In this document: positions 1 through 10,869 of the stretch, piece after piece
Position numbering within the stretch: position 1 is the first letter of the stretch
Layout: each line of letters starts with the position of its first letter
NCBI GenBank assembly: GCA_965206695.1
Contig: CBDBKM010000002.1
Coordinates: forward strand, 128,001 to 192,000
Source of the DNA: Chlamydiales bacterium
Lineage (GTDB): Bacteria; Chlamydiota; Chlamydiia; Chlamydiales; JAAZZY01
Direction of reading: 5' to 3'
Length of the DNA: 64,000 nt
The notes under the pieces: model-generated
Told to the model about the DNA's origin: nothing
Database searches by the model: none
Seen by the model: the letters and a program-made list of their open reading frames with translations, nothing else
Made by a program: the position numbers and the translations under genes

Positions 1-2
1 TT

Positions 3-314
3 TTAGCAGATGTCCCTTGTAGTGGAACCGGGACATTGAAACGGAATCCGGATATGAAATGGAAGTTTACTGAAGAGGCCCTGATGAGATTGGTTGAAGA
101 GCAACGCGATATTTTTGATAAAGCCTTAAGCTTCCTAAGATCTGACGGTAAAATTGTCTATGCTACTTGTAGTCTATTACAAATTGAAAATGAACATCAA
201 ATCCGTTATTTCATGGAAAAATATTCTCTGAAGTTAATAGGATCTTATTTGAAAACCAGCCCATATGACAGTCAAATAGATGGTTTTTTTGCCGCTGTTT
301 TGGCCTGTCAATAA
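3..314 (+). CDS. RsmB/NOP (Fmu/Sun) family SAM-dependent RNA m5C methyltransferase, C-terminal part (begins before window)
   Basis: Frame from nt 3 reads LADVPCSGTGTLKRNPD...IVYATCSL, i.e. the PCSG and TCS motifs, and ends DGFFAAVL. Confidence 0.9.
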   Translation, partial: LADVPCSGTGTLKRNPDMKWKFTEEALMRLVEEQRDIFDKALSFLRSDGKIVYATCSLLQIENEHQIRYFMEKYSLKLIGSYLKTSPYDSQIDGFFAAVLACQ

Positions 315-429
315 TGAAATATCAATTTTGTTAGTTGTCTTTCTAAGGCTTCTGATTTATAATTCGTTGAAAAATTGAAACTATTTTTTTAAAATAATTC
401 ACTTTCAATCAATAGCTCAAGGTAAATAT

Positions 430-1584
430 ATGAAAAATCCACCTTCCCGTTTCGATAGAAATTTCAAAAACAGCACAAACATAACTAAACTATTTCTTTT
501 CATAACCCCACTTTTTTTTATATCCTCTCTTTTAGCGGCTGAACCAATACCATTTGAGGAAAATTTTTCTTTTGATTTGGCTCAACAACAACTTCATAAT
601 GATCCGGATAGTTTAGCTTATATAACTGTCAATAATCGCATCCTAGCCAAAGTTAACGGTAATCCTATTTCAGTCATCGATGTAATGAAAAAAATGGATT
701 TAGTTTTTCATCAACAGTTCCCAAGTTTGACAGACTCTGAATTAGCTCGTTTTCAATTTTATACGACTAATTGGACTTATTTTTTGAAAGACATGATCGA
801 TAATGAATTAATATTAGCAGACGCCCAAGCAAAAAAGATCCCTATTACTCCTGCAGATGTGAGAGAAGAAATGGAAGCTCTTTTTGGACCAAATGTTGTC
901 TTAACTATAGATAAAATGGGGCTCTCCTATGAAGATGTATGGAAAATGCTTGAAAAAGATATTTCTGTAAGGCGAATGTTTTACTTTATGGTAAGAACTA
1001 AGGCTATGGACAAAGTACACCCTAAAGATATGCGATTAGCTTATGAAGATTTCACAAAAAAACATCAAAAACCTAACGAATGGTTTTATCATGTGATTTC
1101 AATTAGAGGAACAGATTCCGATAAAAACGCTGATATTGCTCAAGCTGCCTATGAATTACTAAAGAATGAAACGGATATTGATTTTAAAATTTTAACTTTT
1201 CGTCTTAACGAAATCGATACCTTTGATGATTTAGTCAATATTTCTATATCAGAGGAGTTTCATCGAACAGACAATACGATTGCTAAATCCCATAAAGAAG
1301 TCTTATCTGATTTGCAAACAGGACAATTTGGCAAGCCTATTCAACAAATTAGCCGCGCCGATAATACTACCGTATATCGCATTTTTTATCTGAACCAACA
1401 TCTACAATCAACTCCTGTTACTTTCAATGAAATTGAAGAACAACTCAAAGAAGAATTATTAGCAAGAGCCTTATCTGAAGAGTCTGATATTTACTTAAAT
1501 AAATTACGCCACCGCTTTGGTTTTGATGATAACTCACTAAAAGATACAATTCCTGAAAATTTTCAACCATTTACAATGCAGTGA
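430..1584 (+). CDS. SurA N-terminal-domain / periplasmic chaperone-like protein
   Basis: Signal-peptide-like N-terminus, ILAKVNGNPISVIDV motif, directly upstream of rsmA as in chlamydiae. Confidence 0.75.
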   Translation: MKNPPSRFDRNFKNSTNITKLFLFITPLFFISSLLAAEPIPFEENFSFDLAQQQLHNDPDSLAYITVNNRILAKVNGNPISVIDVMKKMDLVFHQQFPSLTDSELARFQFYTTNWTYFLKDMIDNELILADAQAKKIPITPADVREEMEALFGPNVVLTIDKMGLSYEDVWKMLEKDISVRRMFYFMVRTKAMDKVHPKDMRLAYEDFTKKHQKPNEWFYHVISIRGTDSDKNADIAQAAYELLKNETDIDFKILTFRLNEIDTFDDLVNISISEEFHRTDNTIAKSHKEVLSDLQTGQFGKPIQQISRADNTTVYRIFYLNQHLQSTPVTFNEIEEQLKEELLARALSEESDIYLNKLRHRFGFDDNSLKDTIPENFQPFTMQ

Positions 1585-2471
1585 ACAACATCAAACTATT
1601 TCGACCGTCAGATCTAAATGCTTTATTAGTGCAGCATAAAAAGCATATGACAAAAAGTTTGTCTCAAAATTTTTTAATTGACGGCAATATTATTAATAAA
1701 ATCATTGCTGTGGCATCGGTTACTTCAGATGATTTTATTTTAGAAATTGGTCCCGGAGCCGGGGCCTTAACTCAATCACTTTTAAAACAAAATGCAACTG
1801 TTTTAGCTATTGAGAAAGATCATAATTTTGCCGATCTGCTTAATAAACTTTTTGCTGAAGAAGAGCGTTTAAAAGTTTATTGTGATGATATCCTCTCTTT
1901 CCCAATCAAAGAGACCCTCGCACCTTACCTAAAGAAGCATAGAAAAAAGGCAAAAGTTGTTGCTAATTTACCTTATCATTTAACAAGTCCCATTCTAGGA
2001 TTGTTATTACCATTGCATGATATCTTTTCTTCATTAACGATTATGATACAAAAAGAAGTAGCGGAGAGAATTACCGCAAATCTCGAAAGCAAATCGTATA
2101 GTGGTTTTACTGTCTTTAATCAGCTATATAGTGATCCTCAATACATGTTCACTATTAGTCCAAATTGTTTTCAACCGAAACCAAAAGTGCATTCTGCCGT
2201 ATTACATATGACGTTGAAACCACCACCACTACTATCTTCTTTACAAGGATTTATAGCATTAGTGAAAAAAGCATTTAATCAGCGCCGTAAAATGCTCAGC
2301 AATTCCCTATCTGATTATAGTGATGCCCATACTATTAAATCCCTTCTTACTACATTTGGACTTAATGCATCAGCTAGAGCAGAAGATCTTTCATTACAAG
2401 ATTTTATTAAAGTTTTTGAAGCATTATTTACCCTCAATAATTTAGGGTCAAGTTCTTTGGCATCTGAATAA
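1581..2471 (+). CDS. rsmA: 16S rRNA adenine dimethyltransferase
   Basis: KSLSQNFL, LEIGPGAGALT, VVANLPY, QKEVAERI, FNQRRKML. Confidence 0.97.
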   Translation: MNNIKLFRPSDLNALLVQHKKHMTKSLSQNFLIDGNIINKIIAVASVTSDDFILEIGPGAGALTQSLLKQNATVLAIEKDHNFADLLNKLFAEEERLKVYCDDILSFPIKETLAPYLKKHRKKAKVVANLPYHLTSPILGLLLPLHDIFSSLTIMIQKEVAERITANLESKSYSGFTVFNQLYSDPQYMFTISPNCFQPKPKVHSAVLHMTLKPPPLLSSLQGFIALVKKAFNQRRKMLSNSLSDYSDAHTIKSLLTTFGLNASARAEDLSLQDFIKVFEALFTLNNLGSSSLASE

Positions 2472-3723
2472 GGAATGTAGCAGAACAAAACCGGCAACGC
2501 CGCAACCCGGATACTAGGGCTTTCATCCCATTACTTGCTTTAGTAAACAAAGGACTCTTAACATCTTGTTGAGCAAATAATGTTGCCACCCGTAGTGTAG
2601 TATCATTTTCATCTTTAAAATGAACTTCACCAACAGGCTGTCCTTTTTCTATAGGTAATTGAAGCGTATAGCAAAAAACAGTTCCCTTTATCTCAGGTTT
2701 CTCTGCCGGAAAATAAGTTATGCAAACATCTTCTTCAAGGTAAGTATTCACCTTTTTTTTAACCCCTTTTATTTTTAATTCAAACTTTTGTAAGCCTTTT
2801 GGTAAAAGTACTTGAGTGACAAGAGATTCATCAAAGGCCGCATTAAATAAATTAATTGCATCTTCATATTGTTTCCGACGATCTGCTGCTGATAAAACAA
2901 CTAATAAAAGAGTTCGATCCTCTCCATCTCTAGCTGCCGCAATTAATGTATGTTGAGCGTGTGAAGTATACCCGGTTTTTAGGCCAATAGCATCAGGATA
3001 GTAATATTGCTTTCCCGGCTGGATAAGAGCATTCGAGTTGACCATCCACGTAGATTCTTGTTTATTCGTTTTTGGCCTTAAGTGCCGTGTTGTCCGGACA
3101 ATATGACAGAAAATAGGATGCTTTAATGCCTCACGGGCAATTAAAACCATATCATAAGCCGTAGTAGTATGCTGAGGATGATGTAATCCATGAGGATTCA
3201 TAAAATGCGAATTTTCACACCCGATTTTCTTCAAATAAGTATTCATTTCCTCCATGAAATTTGGAATACTTCCGGAGACATGCTTCGCTATTGTATTTGA
3301 AGCATCATTAGCTGAAATAAGCATCATCCCATAAAATAACTCTCTTAAAGATAGGACCTCTCCTCTTTTTAATCCCATATGAGTACCCCCAACGTCCAAC
3401 CAATGTGCCGGAGTTTTATAGTGAGAACTTCTCTTTTCTTCGCTAGAAATGGAACCAATACAGTCTTGTTCAATAATAACAGATTCATCAAGTAGATGAC
3501 CATTTTGTTGAAGAGCAAATAAAGCAGTAGCTACTTTGGTAATACTCGCCGGAAATAAAACATCGTGTGCATTCTTTTCATATAAAACCACTCCCGTATC
3601 TGCATTTATTAAAATAGCAGCATCAGCATATATATCAACTTCTAATGTATTGGCCTTTAATGATGCCGTTGAAATAGAAAAAAATAAAAAAATTAAGGTC
3701 AAAGGGAAATATCTCATATTCAT
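2434..3723 (-). CDS. dacC: D-alanyl-D-alanine carboxypeptidase (peptidase S11, PBP5/6)
   Basis: PASITK (SxxK), SAND (SxN), KTG motifs; signal peptide after MNMRYF; start chosen at 3723. Confidence 0.9.
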   Translation of the reverse strand: MNMRYFPLTLIFLFFSISTASLKANTLEVDIYADAAILINADTGVVLYEKNAHDVLFPASITKVATALFALQQNGHLLDESVIIEQDCIGSISSEEKRSSHYKTPAHWLDVGGTHMGLKRGEVLSLRELFYGMMLISANDASNTIAKHVSGSIPNFMEEMNTYLKKIGCENSHFMNPHGLHHPQHTTTAYDMVLIAREALKHPIFCHIVRTTRHLRPKTNKQESTWMVNSNALIQPGKQYYYPDAIGLKTGYTSHAQHTLIAAARDGEDRTLLLVVLSAADRRKQYEDAINLFNAAFDESLVTQVLLPKGLQKFELKIKGVKKKVNTYLEEDVCITYFPAEKPEIKGTVFCYTLQLPIEKGQPVGEVHFKDENDTTLRVATLFAQQDVKSPLFTKASNGMKALVSGLRRCRFCSATFLIQMPKNLTLNY

Positions 3724-4005
3724 ATCTTCATGGGTTTGATCGAAATAAAGACTAAAATACATATTTTTCGTTTAAATTAAAAACCTTTCTCCCAACTAAC
3801 ATGTTTCTTACCCTCTAAAAACCAGCTTATTACATTCACATCAATTATTCTATCTTACTTTAAATAAGCGAGTTACCTTAAAAATAGGTAAAAAATCAAA
3901 CTTGACTAGACAGAAAAAAGAAAGTGAATTAATCGTAAGGAAGAGGCAAACGCGATTAAAATTACTTCGTTACATAAATCAGGCTTGTTACTTGGAGGAG
4001 AAAAA

Positions 4006-4431
4006 ATGATCAATCCTGTGCAGCTAGAAGAAACCTATAGAAAGTATACGGATAATCTTTCTCAATGGGCACCTGATGGTATTGTTGAAATGGATATTAG
4101 TCTTCTTCAATCACTTAATCTCCTTCATTGTGAGGACCTTGCTTTGGAAGATGCAGAGCAAGAGCTTACTCAGCTGTTCAATATCATTGAATCTCCTGAA
4201 AAAATCACTCTATATAATCATAATTTCATTATCTGGATCGTTCCGGATCTTGTAGACAACATGCCGACAACTTTTGCTTTAATCGCGCAACAACATCATA
4301 ATGAATCTCAACTTGAACTTGTATTATCTATATCAGGGCCTTATAATACTCCTCGTTTGGTCCTTAAGGTCCTACAACGACTCTTACAAGAAATCCAAGA
4401 TAATGAACAAGATCTTGATAAACTTAAATAA
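4006..4431 (+). CDS. conserved chlamydial hypothetical protein (CT550-like by synteny)
   Basis: GGAGG RBS before ATG 4006; divergent from dacC as in chlamydial genomes. Confidence 0.7.
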   Translation: MINPVQLEETYRKYTDNLSQWAPDGIVEMDISLLQSLNLLHCEDLALEDAEQELTQLFNIIESPEKITLYNHNFIIWIVPDLVDNMPTTFALIAQQHHNESQLELVLSISGPYNTPRLVLKVLQRLLQEIQDNEQDLDKLK

Positions 4432-4569
4432 AATATATTAAATTCTTAAAAATATTTATAAAACAACGTGTTTTTATTTTACTAAATATTATTTATGTTA
4501 AATTTATAATAAAATGGTAGATTAATGTTTATTTAAAAAATATGATGTCTTATGATTGTTAATAAAAAT

Positions 4570-5450
4570 ATGTAAATTCAACCTTTTAATTCCCTATCAT
4601 CTACTTCTGGCGAAGCAAAGACATCTCTTCCTCTTGTACATACAACAGCGAAAACATATTTCCCGGCGCCCGGGATCATTTTTAAAAAAAAGAGAACCAC
4701 TAAGAGTAGAACCGGGAGCTATGTTTGTCTATCATAACTTAGATATTGATATCGCATACTCTTTAAATTCATATTGGTCCCTTTTTAAAAGCTACGTCCC
4801 AGGAGGAAAAGCTCTATTCACCAATACCTTTAAAGTCAAAGAAAAAGGGGGGATAGATTGCCCCGGAAGAAAAAGAGCCCCCGGACAGATTATTCAATAT
4901 GAATTGGCTCCTAATTCCAAGAGTGTTATTATTCGTCCGGGAGCTCTTTTAGCCTCAACCCCTAATGTATCACTTACATATCGAATATGTTAGCCTAACG
5001 GGCTATATGAAAGACAAAGGCATTGCAACCACAACTGCTAAAATAGAAGAGATTTTAAATGAAAAGGGTTATGTCTATTTTAATACTTCAGAAGGAATTG
5101 TTAGAACCTTTAACATTCATAAGAAAGATGGCCCTATTGCTTTGGATTTAACGATATGGTGATTGCTCACACCGAAGGTTTACAAAATACCATCAACAAG
5201 GTAGGTGGGTATAACAGCATTTTTTTTATCCGGAGAAGGTCTCGCCTGTGAGTTCGAAGGTGACGGAACTGTCTTTGTTGGATCCTTTGAATTAGGCAGA
5301 AGGAATCGAGTTTATGCTTTTACAGCTTCTTTTGGAAGTGAGCTTGGCAAAGGTACGGTACTGTTAATCGGTTCCATATTCCTCTACTATGCAAGATTCG
5401 GCTCTCTTCTAGCCTTAGATGCATTGAAAAAGTATGCTTCTAGCCCTTAA
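4570..5450 (+). pseudogene. AIM24-family protein pseudogene
   Basis: Fragments RVEPGAM, PGQIIQYEL, DNDMVIAH, FLSGEGLACEFEGDGTVFV in different frames; ATG-TAA at 4570 and at least 4 frameshifts. Confidence 0.75.
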
Positions 5451-5457
5451 AATACAC

Positions 5458-6027
5458 TCACCAAGCATTCGCAATATAATCCACAATCTTACTTGCTAAT
5501 GATCGATATAATGGCTTTAAAGCAATTCTTCTAGCTGTATCAACAAACTCTAACTGACCCATAGAAAAATTAAGTAAGTGATCCTCATCTATTTCCGGAT
5601 CAAAATCCGTATTAACACTAGCTGAGATGTAAGTCTGTGGTAATACAATATTCCCTGTTGCAGCCTCATAAACTGAGACTTGAGTCAATACACTCACTCT
5701 ATCTTCGCTAGGGACTAAACGATCTTCTAAATTCCCGGAAGCATTTCTAAAATAACGAAAACCGATATGTTCATGTTTTTGATCAAGAATCGTTATTGTT
5801 AAGATTAATTCGCCTCCATGCGTTAAATATTTTAATCTACCCGATTCAGCAATTTGATGAATGACATCTCGAGTCAATTTTCCTTTTAAATCTCCTTCAA
5901 TATAGGGAACCGAAATAGTATTATATTTTTCTATTACGGTCCCTTTACCAAAATGATAACCACACGATGACAGTAAACAGAATATAGGAACCATTAATCC
6001 ATACGTTATTCTGCTAAAAATTTTCAT
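5458..6027 (-). CDS. lptE: LPS-assembly lipoprotein LptE-like
   Basis: Lipobox LSSCGYH, position after bamD-like gene. Confidence 0.75.
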   Translation of the reverse strand: MKIFSRITYGLMVPIFCLLSSCGYHFGKGTVIEKYNTISVPYIEGDLKGKLTRDVIHQIAESGRLKYLTHGGELILTITILDQKHEHIGFRYFRNASGNLEDRLVPSEDRVSVLTQVSVYEAATGNIVLPQTYISASVNTDFDPEIDEDHLLNFSMGQLEFVDTARRIALKPLYRSLASKIVDYIANAW

Positions 6028-7016
6028 TTTTGATATTCCTTAGAAAGTCTCAGAGCCTCTGCTTCATCTTCAAAAAAAGTTAAGCGTTCTTTTGATTTTT
6101 CTGCTGCCTCCGTATCCGGGTATTTTTCTATCGCATGCACATAATAAATGACTGAGGCTTTCATTCGACCTTGTCTTTCATAAAGTGTTGCCGTATCGAA
6201 TAAACCTTGAGAATAAATCTCTTGCATTTCTTTATATAATTGAGAAGCTTCTTTAGCTCTTTCACTCCTTGGATAATCTTGGCAGAAATTTCGAAGGTTA
6301 ATCTTAGCCAAATCAAGTAGATCGGGATTATGAAACTGGGATTGACATTGCCTATGATATACCTGAGAAATAGATAAGTAGGTGTGCGAGACAAGTTCAT
6401 GTTTAGGAAACCGGTGGATCAACTGCTGAAAAGTTTCAATACTTTCTTTATAATCTTTAAAAGAAAAAAGTAACTGAGCTTTTGAATAAAGCGATTTAGC
6501 AGCTAAATCATGTATCGGAAGAGCAGCAATGACTTCGTCAAATAGATCTAATGCTTCAGTTTTAGCCGGTAGCCATTTAGGTAATTTTTGAGAACTAAAA
6601 AGATGCTTCTTGACTCCCATTCTATATTGTTCCGCAATAGCAAATTTATATGCATAAGCTTCTTCAAAATGTTTTAAAGGAGTTTGAATAGCAAGATATA
6701 AGGTAAGCTTTTGATTCGCCATATCAAATTCCTTTACATGATAAAGGCTAACACCTAAATAAAATAGAGAATCTTGATAAAGAGGAGAATGAGGAAAATG
6801 TAGGGTCACAGTTGTAAAATGCTTAATAGCCTGATCCCAACATTTTTTCTCAAATGCTTTAACTCCGTAACTATAGTGTTCCACTACTGTCATAGAAGGT
6901 TTAAAATCTGCTTTCACGAGTTTTCCACCCTTGAAGACATATTCAGCATAAATAGAGTTGGCTGAAAAGGAACAGAGTAAACATAGGAGAACAAAAAATA
7001 ATTTTTTCATATTCAT
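6024..7016 (-). CDS. bamD: outer-membrane assembly factor BamD-like TPR protein
   Basis: Signal peptide, repeated TPR ...FP-S/H motifs, final YPDTEAAEKS. Confidence 0.75.
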   Translation of the reverse strand: MNMKKLFFVLLCLLCSFSANSIYAEYVFKGGKLVKADFKPSMTVVEHYSYGVKAFEKKCWDQAIKHFTTVTLHFPHSPLYQDSLFYLGVSLYHVKEFDMANQKLTLYLAIQTPLKHFEEAYAYKFAIAEQYRMGVKKHLFSSQKLPKWLPAKTEALDLFDEVIAALPIHDLAAKSLYSKAQLLFSFKDYKESIETFQQLIHRFPKHELVSHTYLSISQVYHRQCQSQFHNPDLLDLAKINLRNFCQDYPRSERAKEASQLYKEMQEIYSQGLFDTATLYERQGRMKASVIYYVHAIEKYPDTEAAEKSKERLTFFEDEAEALRLSKEYQK

Positions 7017-7057
7017 TACTAACTTGTATATATTTTAAGGGTAGAAGAATTCTAAAA

Positions 7058-7086
7058 AGAATAGATAGATTAAATGTTCGTGTCAA
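7058..7086 (-). promoter_or_regulatory. sigma66/sigma70-type promoter for bamD-lptE
   Basis: TTGACA-17nt-TATTCT on minus strand. Confidence 0.55.
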
Positions 7087-7098
7087 GTCTTGGAAGCA

Positions 7099-10000
7099 TT
7101 ATTTCTTTGCAATAGGGATAGTTTGAATAGAAATAAAGCCGGGAATGTCTTTAAAAGATTCTTTGAACGCCTCATCAGGACTCACGCCCCATTTACTTTC
7201 AATATGTATCGAGGCAACAGAGACATCGCTTCCCTCTAATGTAATTGTAACGGGATTGTTTCCTCGATGGGCATTAAATATTGTTTTTAAGGATAGGATA
7301 TCACTTAAACGAATATCATCAAATTTCAAACGAAGATGAACTTCCCGGCGCTTATTATCCTCAACCGTCTTTTCTTTAGGACTAAACATCTTTTTCCTTC
7401 GCCTCCCTTTTCCTTGTTTGATTGAAAATTTAACCCTATCGTAGACTTCATCACATTTACGGACCATGTTTTCATCAGTATTCTCTAAATTTTCTAGCCA
7501 ATGACAGGTAATCCTTTTTACTTCATCTCTTTCTTCTACTTGTAACACAGCACAAAGCAATTGATTGTTAATAAGTAAATGGGATTTCTCTTCATAAAGA
7601 TTTGACCAAATTGGTAATTCTATACTGTCAAATCTATCATTGACCGTTAAAAAAGCAAACTTTTTTTGGGTCGTAGACGCAACCCGCACTTTAATTGCCT
7701 CTATAATAAAGCTAGCTCGGAATACCGTATCGACTTCCATATTTTCAATTTCACTTAAAGGTATACAAGACAATCGCTGAGTAATAGTCTGAAATTGCTC
7801 CATAGGGTGCCCTGTAAGAAAAAAACCCAATAGCTCTTTTTCTCTAAATAAAATTTGGTTCTTAGGCGTTTCTTTAGAAATCTTTGGTGGTACTAAAAAT
7901 CTCTCTTCCTTTTTTTCATCCAATAAGGAGAATAAATTCATTATCCCTTGAGTCTTCTCTTTATGATTTTTAGATACCGATTCAAAAAATGGGTCAATAC
8001 TCATTCGCAACTGATCCCTTGTCCAATTGGTAAAGTCAAAGCATCCGGCATCCACCAGATGTTTTATCATTTTTTTTCCCTATTTTTTTAGGATATAAGC
8101 GCTCTATGAAATCGTAGAGCGATTGATAAAGTCCATTCTCCACTCTTTCTGATATCATAGCTTCTACTACCCCCTTACCAACACCTTTAATTGCTGTAAC
8201 AGCAAAACGAATGCCTTGATTTGTAGCTGTAAAGGTTTCCTTAGCTTCATTAACATCCGGAGGTAAGATAGCAATATTCATAGCTTGACATTCACGAATA
8301 AACTTCGCTACTTTAGAAATGTCATCACGATCACAAGTCATCAAAGCGGACATCCACTCTTTGGGATAATTAGCTTTGAAAAAGGCTGTTGCATAACTTA
8401 AATAAGCATAAGCGGCTGCGTGAGATTTATTAAATCCATAGGCAGCAAACTTTTCCATTTTATTAAAAATTGTTGTTGCTACACCTTCGTCAATACCATT
8501 TTTAATCGCTCCATCACGAAACTTTTCTCTTTGGGTAGCCATTTCTTTCATGTCTTTTTTTACCCATTGCCCGTCTTAAGACATCACCTTCACCTAATGA
8601 AAAGTTCGCAAGCCTACTGGCTATTTGCATGACTTGCTCTTGATAGACCATCACCCCATATGTTTCTTTTAAAATGTCTTCCATCCACTGATGATCATTT
8701 TCAATAGCTTCCCGGGCATGTTTTCTATTGATAAATGAAGGAATCATACTCATCGGCCCCGGTCGATAAAGAGCAATGGCCGCAAGAATTTCTTCAAATT
8801 TATCAATATGAAGCTTCATTGCAAGATCGGCCATACCGGTAGACTCTAGTTGAAAAACACCTAAGGTCTTTCCTTGATTTAACAAATCAAAAGTCGCCGC
8901 ATCATCTAAAGGAAGATTAACCCAATCAATTTTTTTACCTGAATTTTCCTTAACAAAATCTACTGCTTTTTGAATACATGTCAGAGTTTTTAATCCTAAA
9001 AAATCCCATTTTTAGCATTCCAACAGCTTCTAGGGGCTTCATAGAAAATTGGGTGACAGCCATTTCTGTATCTTTAGATTTACAGATAGGAATATGTTCA
9101 GTTAATTCCTCACCACATACGACAATTCCGGCAGCATGTATCCCCGTGTTACGAACCGACCCTTCCAATTTTCTTCCTAAGTCAATAATTTTTGCCGTAT
9201 CTTGATCCTCATGATACATCGCCCTTAGTTCAGCATCCAGATCAAGAGCTTTTTCTAAGGTGATATTGAGTTCATCGGGTACTAGCTTCGCGATTTGATT
9301 GACTTTGCTTAAAGGAATACTTAAAACACGACCCACATCTTTGATCGTTATTTTAGCTTTCATAGTACCGAAGGTGATGATTTGAGCTACATTGTTCAAG
9401 CCATACTTTTGAAGTGTGTATTCAATCACTTTACTACGCTTATCCATACAGATATCAACATCTATATCCGGATATGACAGTCTCTCGGGATTGATAAAAC
9501 GTTCAAAGAACAAATTAAATCTAAGAGGTTCAATATCGGTAATCTCTATCAGATAAAGAATAATGGATCCAACTCCGGAACCTCGCCCGGGACCTACCGG
9601 TATTGCATTTTGCTTCGCCCAAATTTATGAAATCATAAACAATTAAAATATAATCACACATCCCCTTCGATACCATTATATTTATCTCCATATCTAGGCG
9701 ATCATGAATGATCTTCATGGGATCTTGACCGGGATATTGCTTACTGATTGTTTTGGAGTCGTTCCTCTGTATAACGTTTTTTAAATTCCTTTGTTGCAAA
9801 GTTCAAGCAGAAACTCCTCAGTAGCTTTTATACGTTCTTTTTCTGTATATTTTGATTCATCATGAAGAGAAGGAGGAATAAATACAGGATAATGTTTCGT
9901 TTGAAAATCTAATTGCAAATCGCATTTTTCACTAATGTCTATACTTGCAGAAAAAGCCTCCGGATGATCTTTAAACACCACTTGCATTTGTTCGAAACTT

Positions 10001-10852
10001 TTAAAATAAAACTCATGCGAAGAAAGAGTTCGCCTTTTAGGATTCAAGACCTTACTTTTAAGGTTCCCCATTGAATCTTTTTCCCAAATTTCGCAAGGCT
10101 CTCCGGACTGAATATTCATTAGAACTTCATGTGCCCTCCAATCATCACGGTCTAAATAACATATTTCATTACATGCCACATATTTGATATTAAACTGTTT
10201 AGCCGCACCCACAAGTTTTTCATTTAGTATTTCTTGTTTCTCATGGTAATCTTGATACTTTTGTAAAAGCCAGCTCTCTTGATTGAATCGATCCTGTTGA
10301 ATGTCTTGATCATCCATATAAAAACGTTCCAATTTTAAATAAAAATCAGAACCAAAAAGGTCTTGTAATCCTTTGATTTCATTTAAGTAACCTTCATCTG
10401 AACCATTTAAAAACATGATGGGCAATCATACTATTGAGGCCACCGGAGATACAAATTAAACCTTTAGAATATTGTGTTAATAATTCCTTGTCAATCCGGG
10501 GGAAATAATAGAAACCTTTCATATAGCCTAAGGAAGTCAGCTTGCATAGGTTATGATAGCCTTGTTGATTTTTCGCTAATAATATTAAACTATAAGTATG
10601 ACGAAAACCCGGTTGACGACTTTTTTCTAAACATGAAAATGGAGCCAAATAGATATCACAACCAATAATAGGCTTAATCTTTTTTGCCCTACACGCCTTA
10701 TAAAACTCGAGTGCTCCGAAAAGATTGCCTTTATCCGTTAAAGCTAAAGCTGATAAATTGAAAGAGTGTGCTTTTTTTACTAATGCCTCCGGTTGTCCCA
10801 AAGCACTCAGTGTTGAATAATGAGAGTGAACATGTAAAGGTACCCATGACAT
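7099..10852 (-). pseudogene. dnaE: DNA polymerase III alpha subunit, apparently frameshifted (7 single-base insertions; may be assembly error)
   Basis: PHP domain (HVHSHYS), GPGRGSG, FERFINPER, PDIDVD, GIHAAG, GVFQLES, LYRPGPM, YGFNKSHAAAY, EKELLGFFLTGHP across 7 ORF pieces; removing 7 bases gives a 3747-nt open frame (1248 aa). Confidence 0.95.
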
Positions 10853-10869
10853 TTATTTACCTTAACTAA

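Noticed and set aside
7099..10852. Split/intein-containing dnaE or programmed -1 frameshifting
   Set aside because: No intein sequence, repaired length is normal, and all required shifts are +1 with no shared slippery motif
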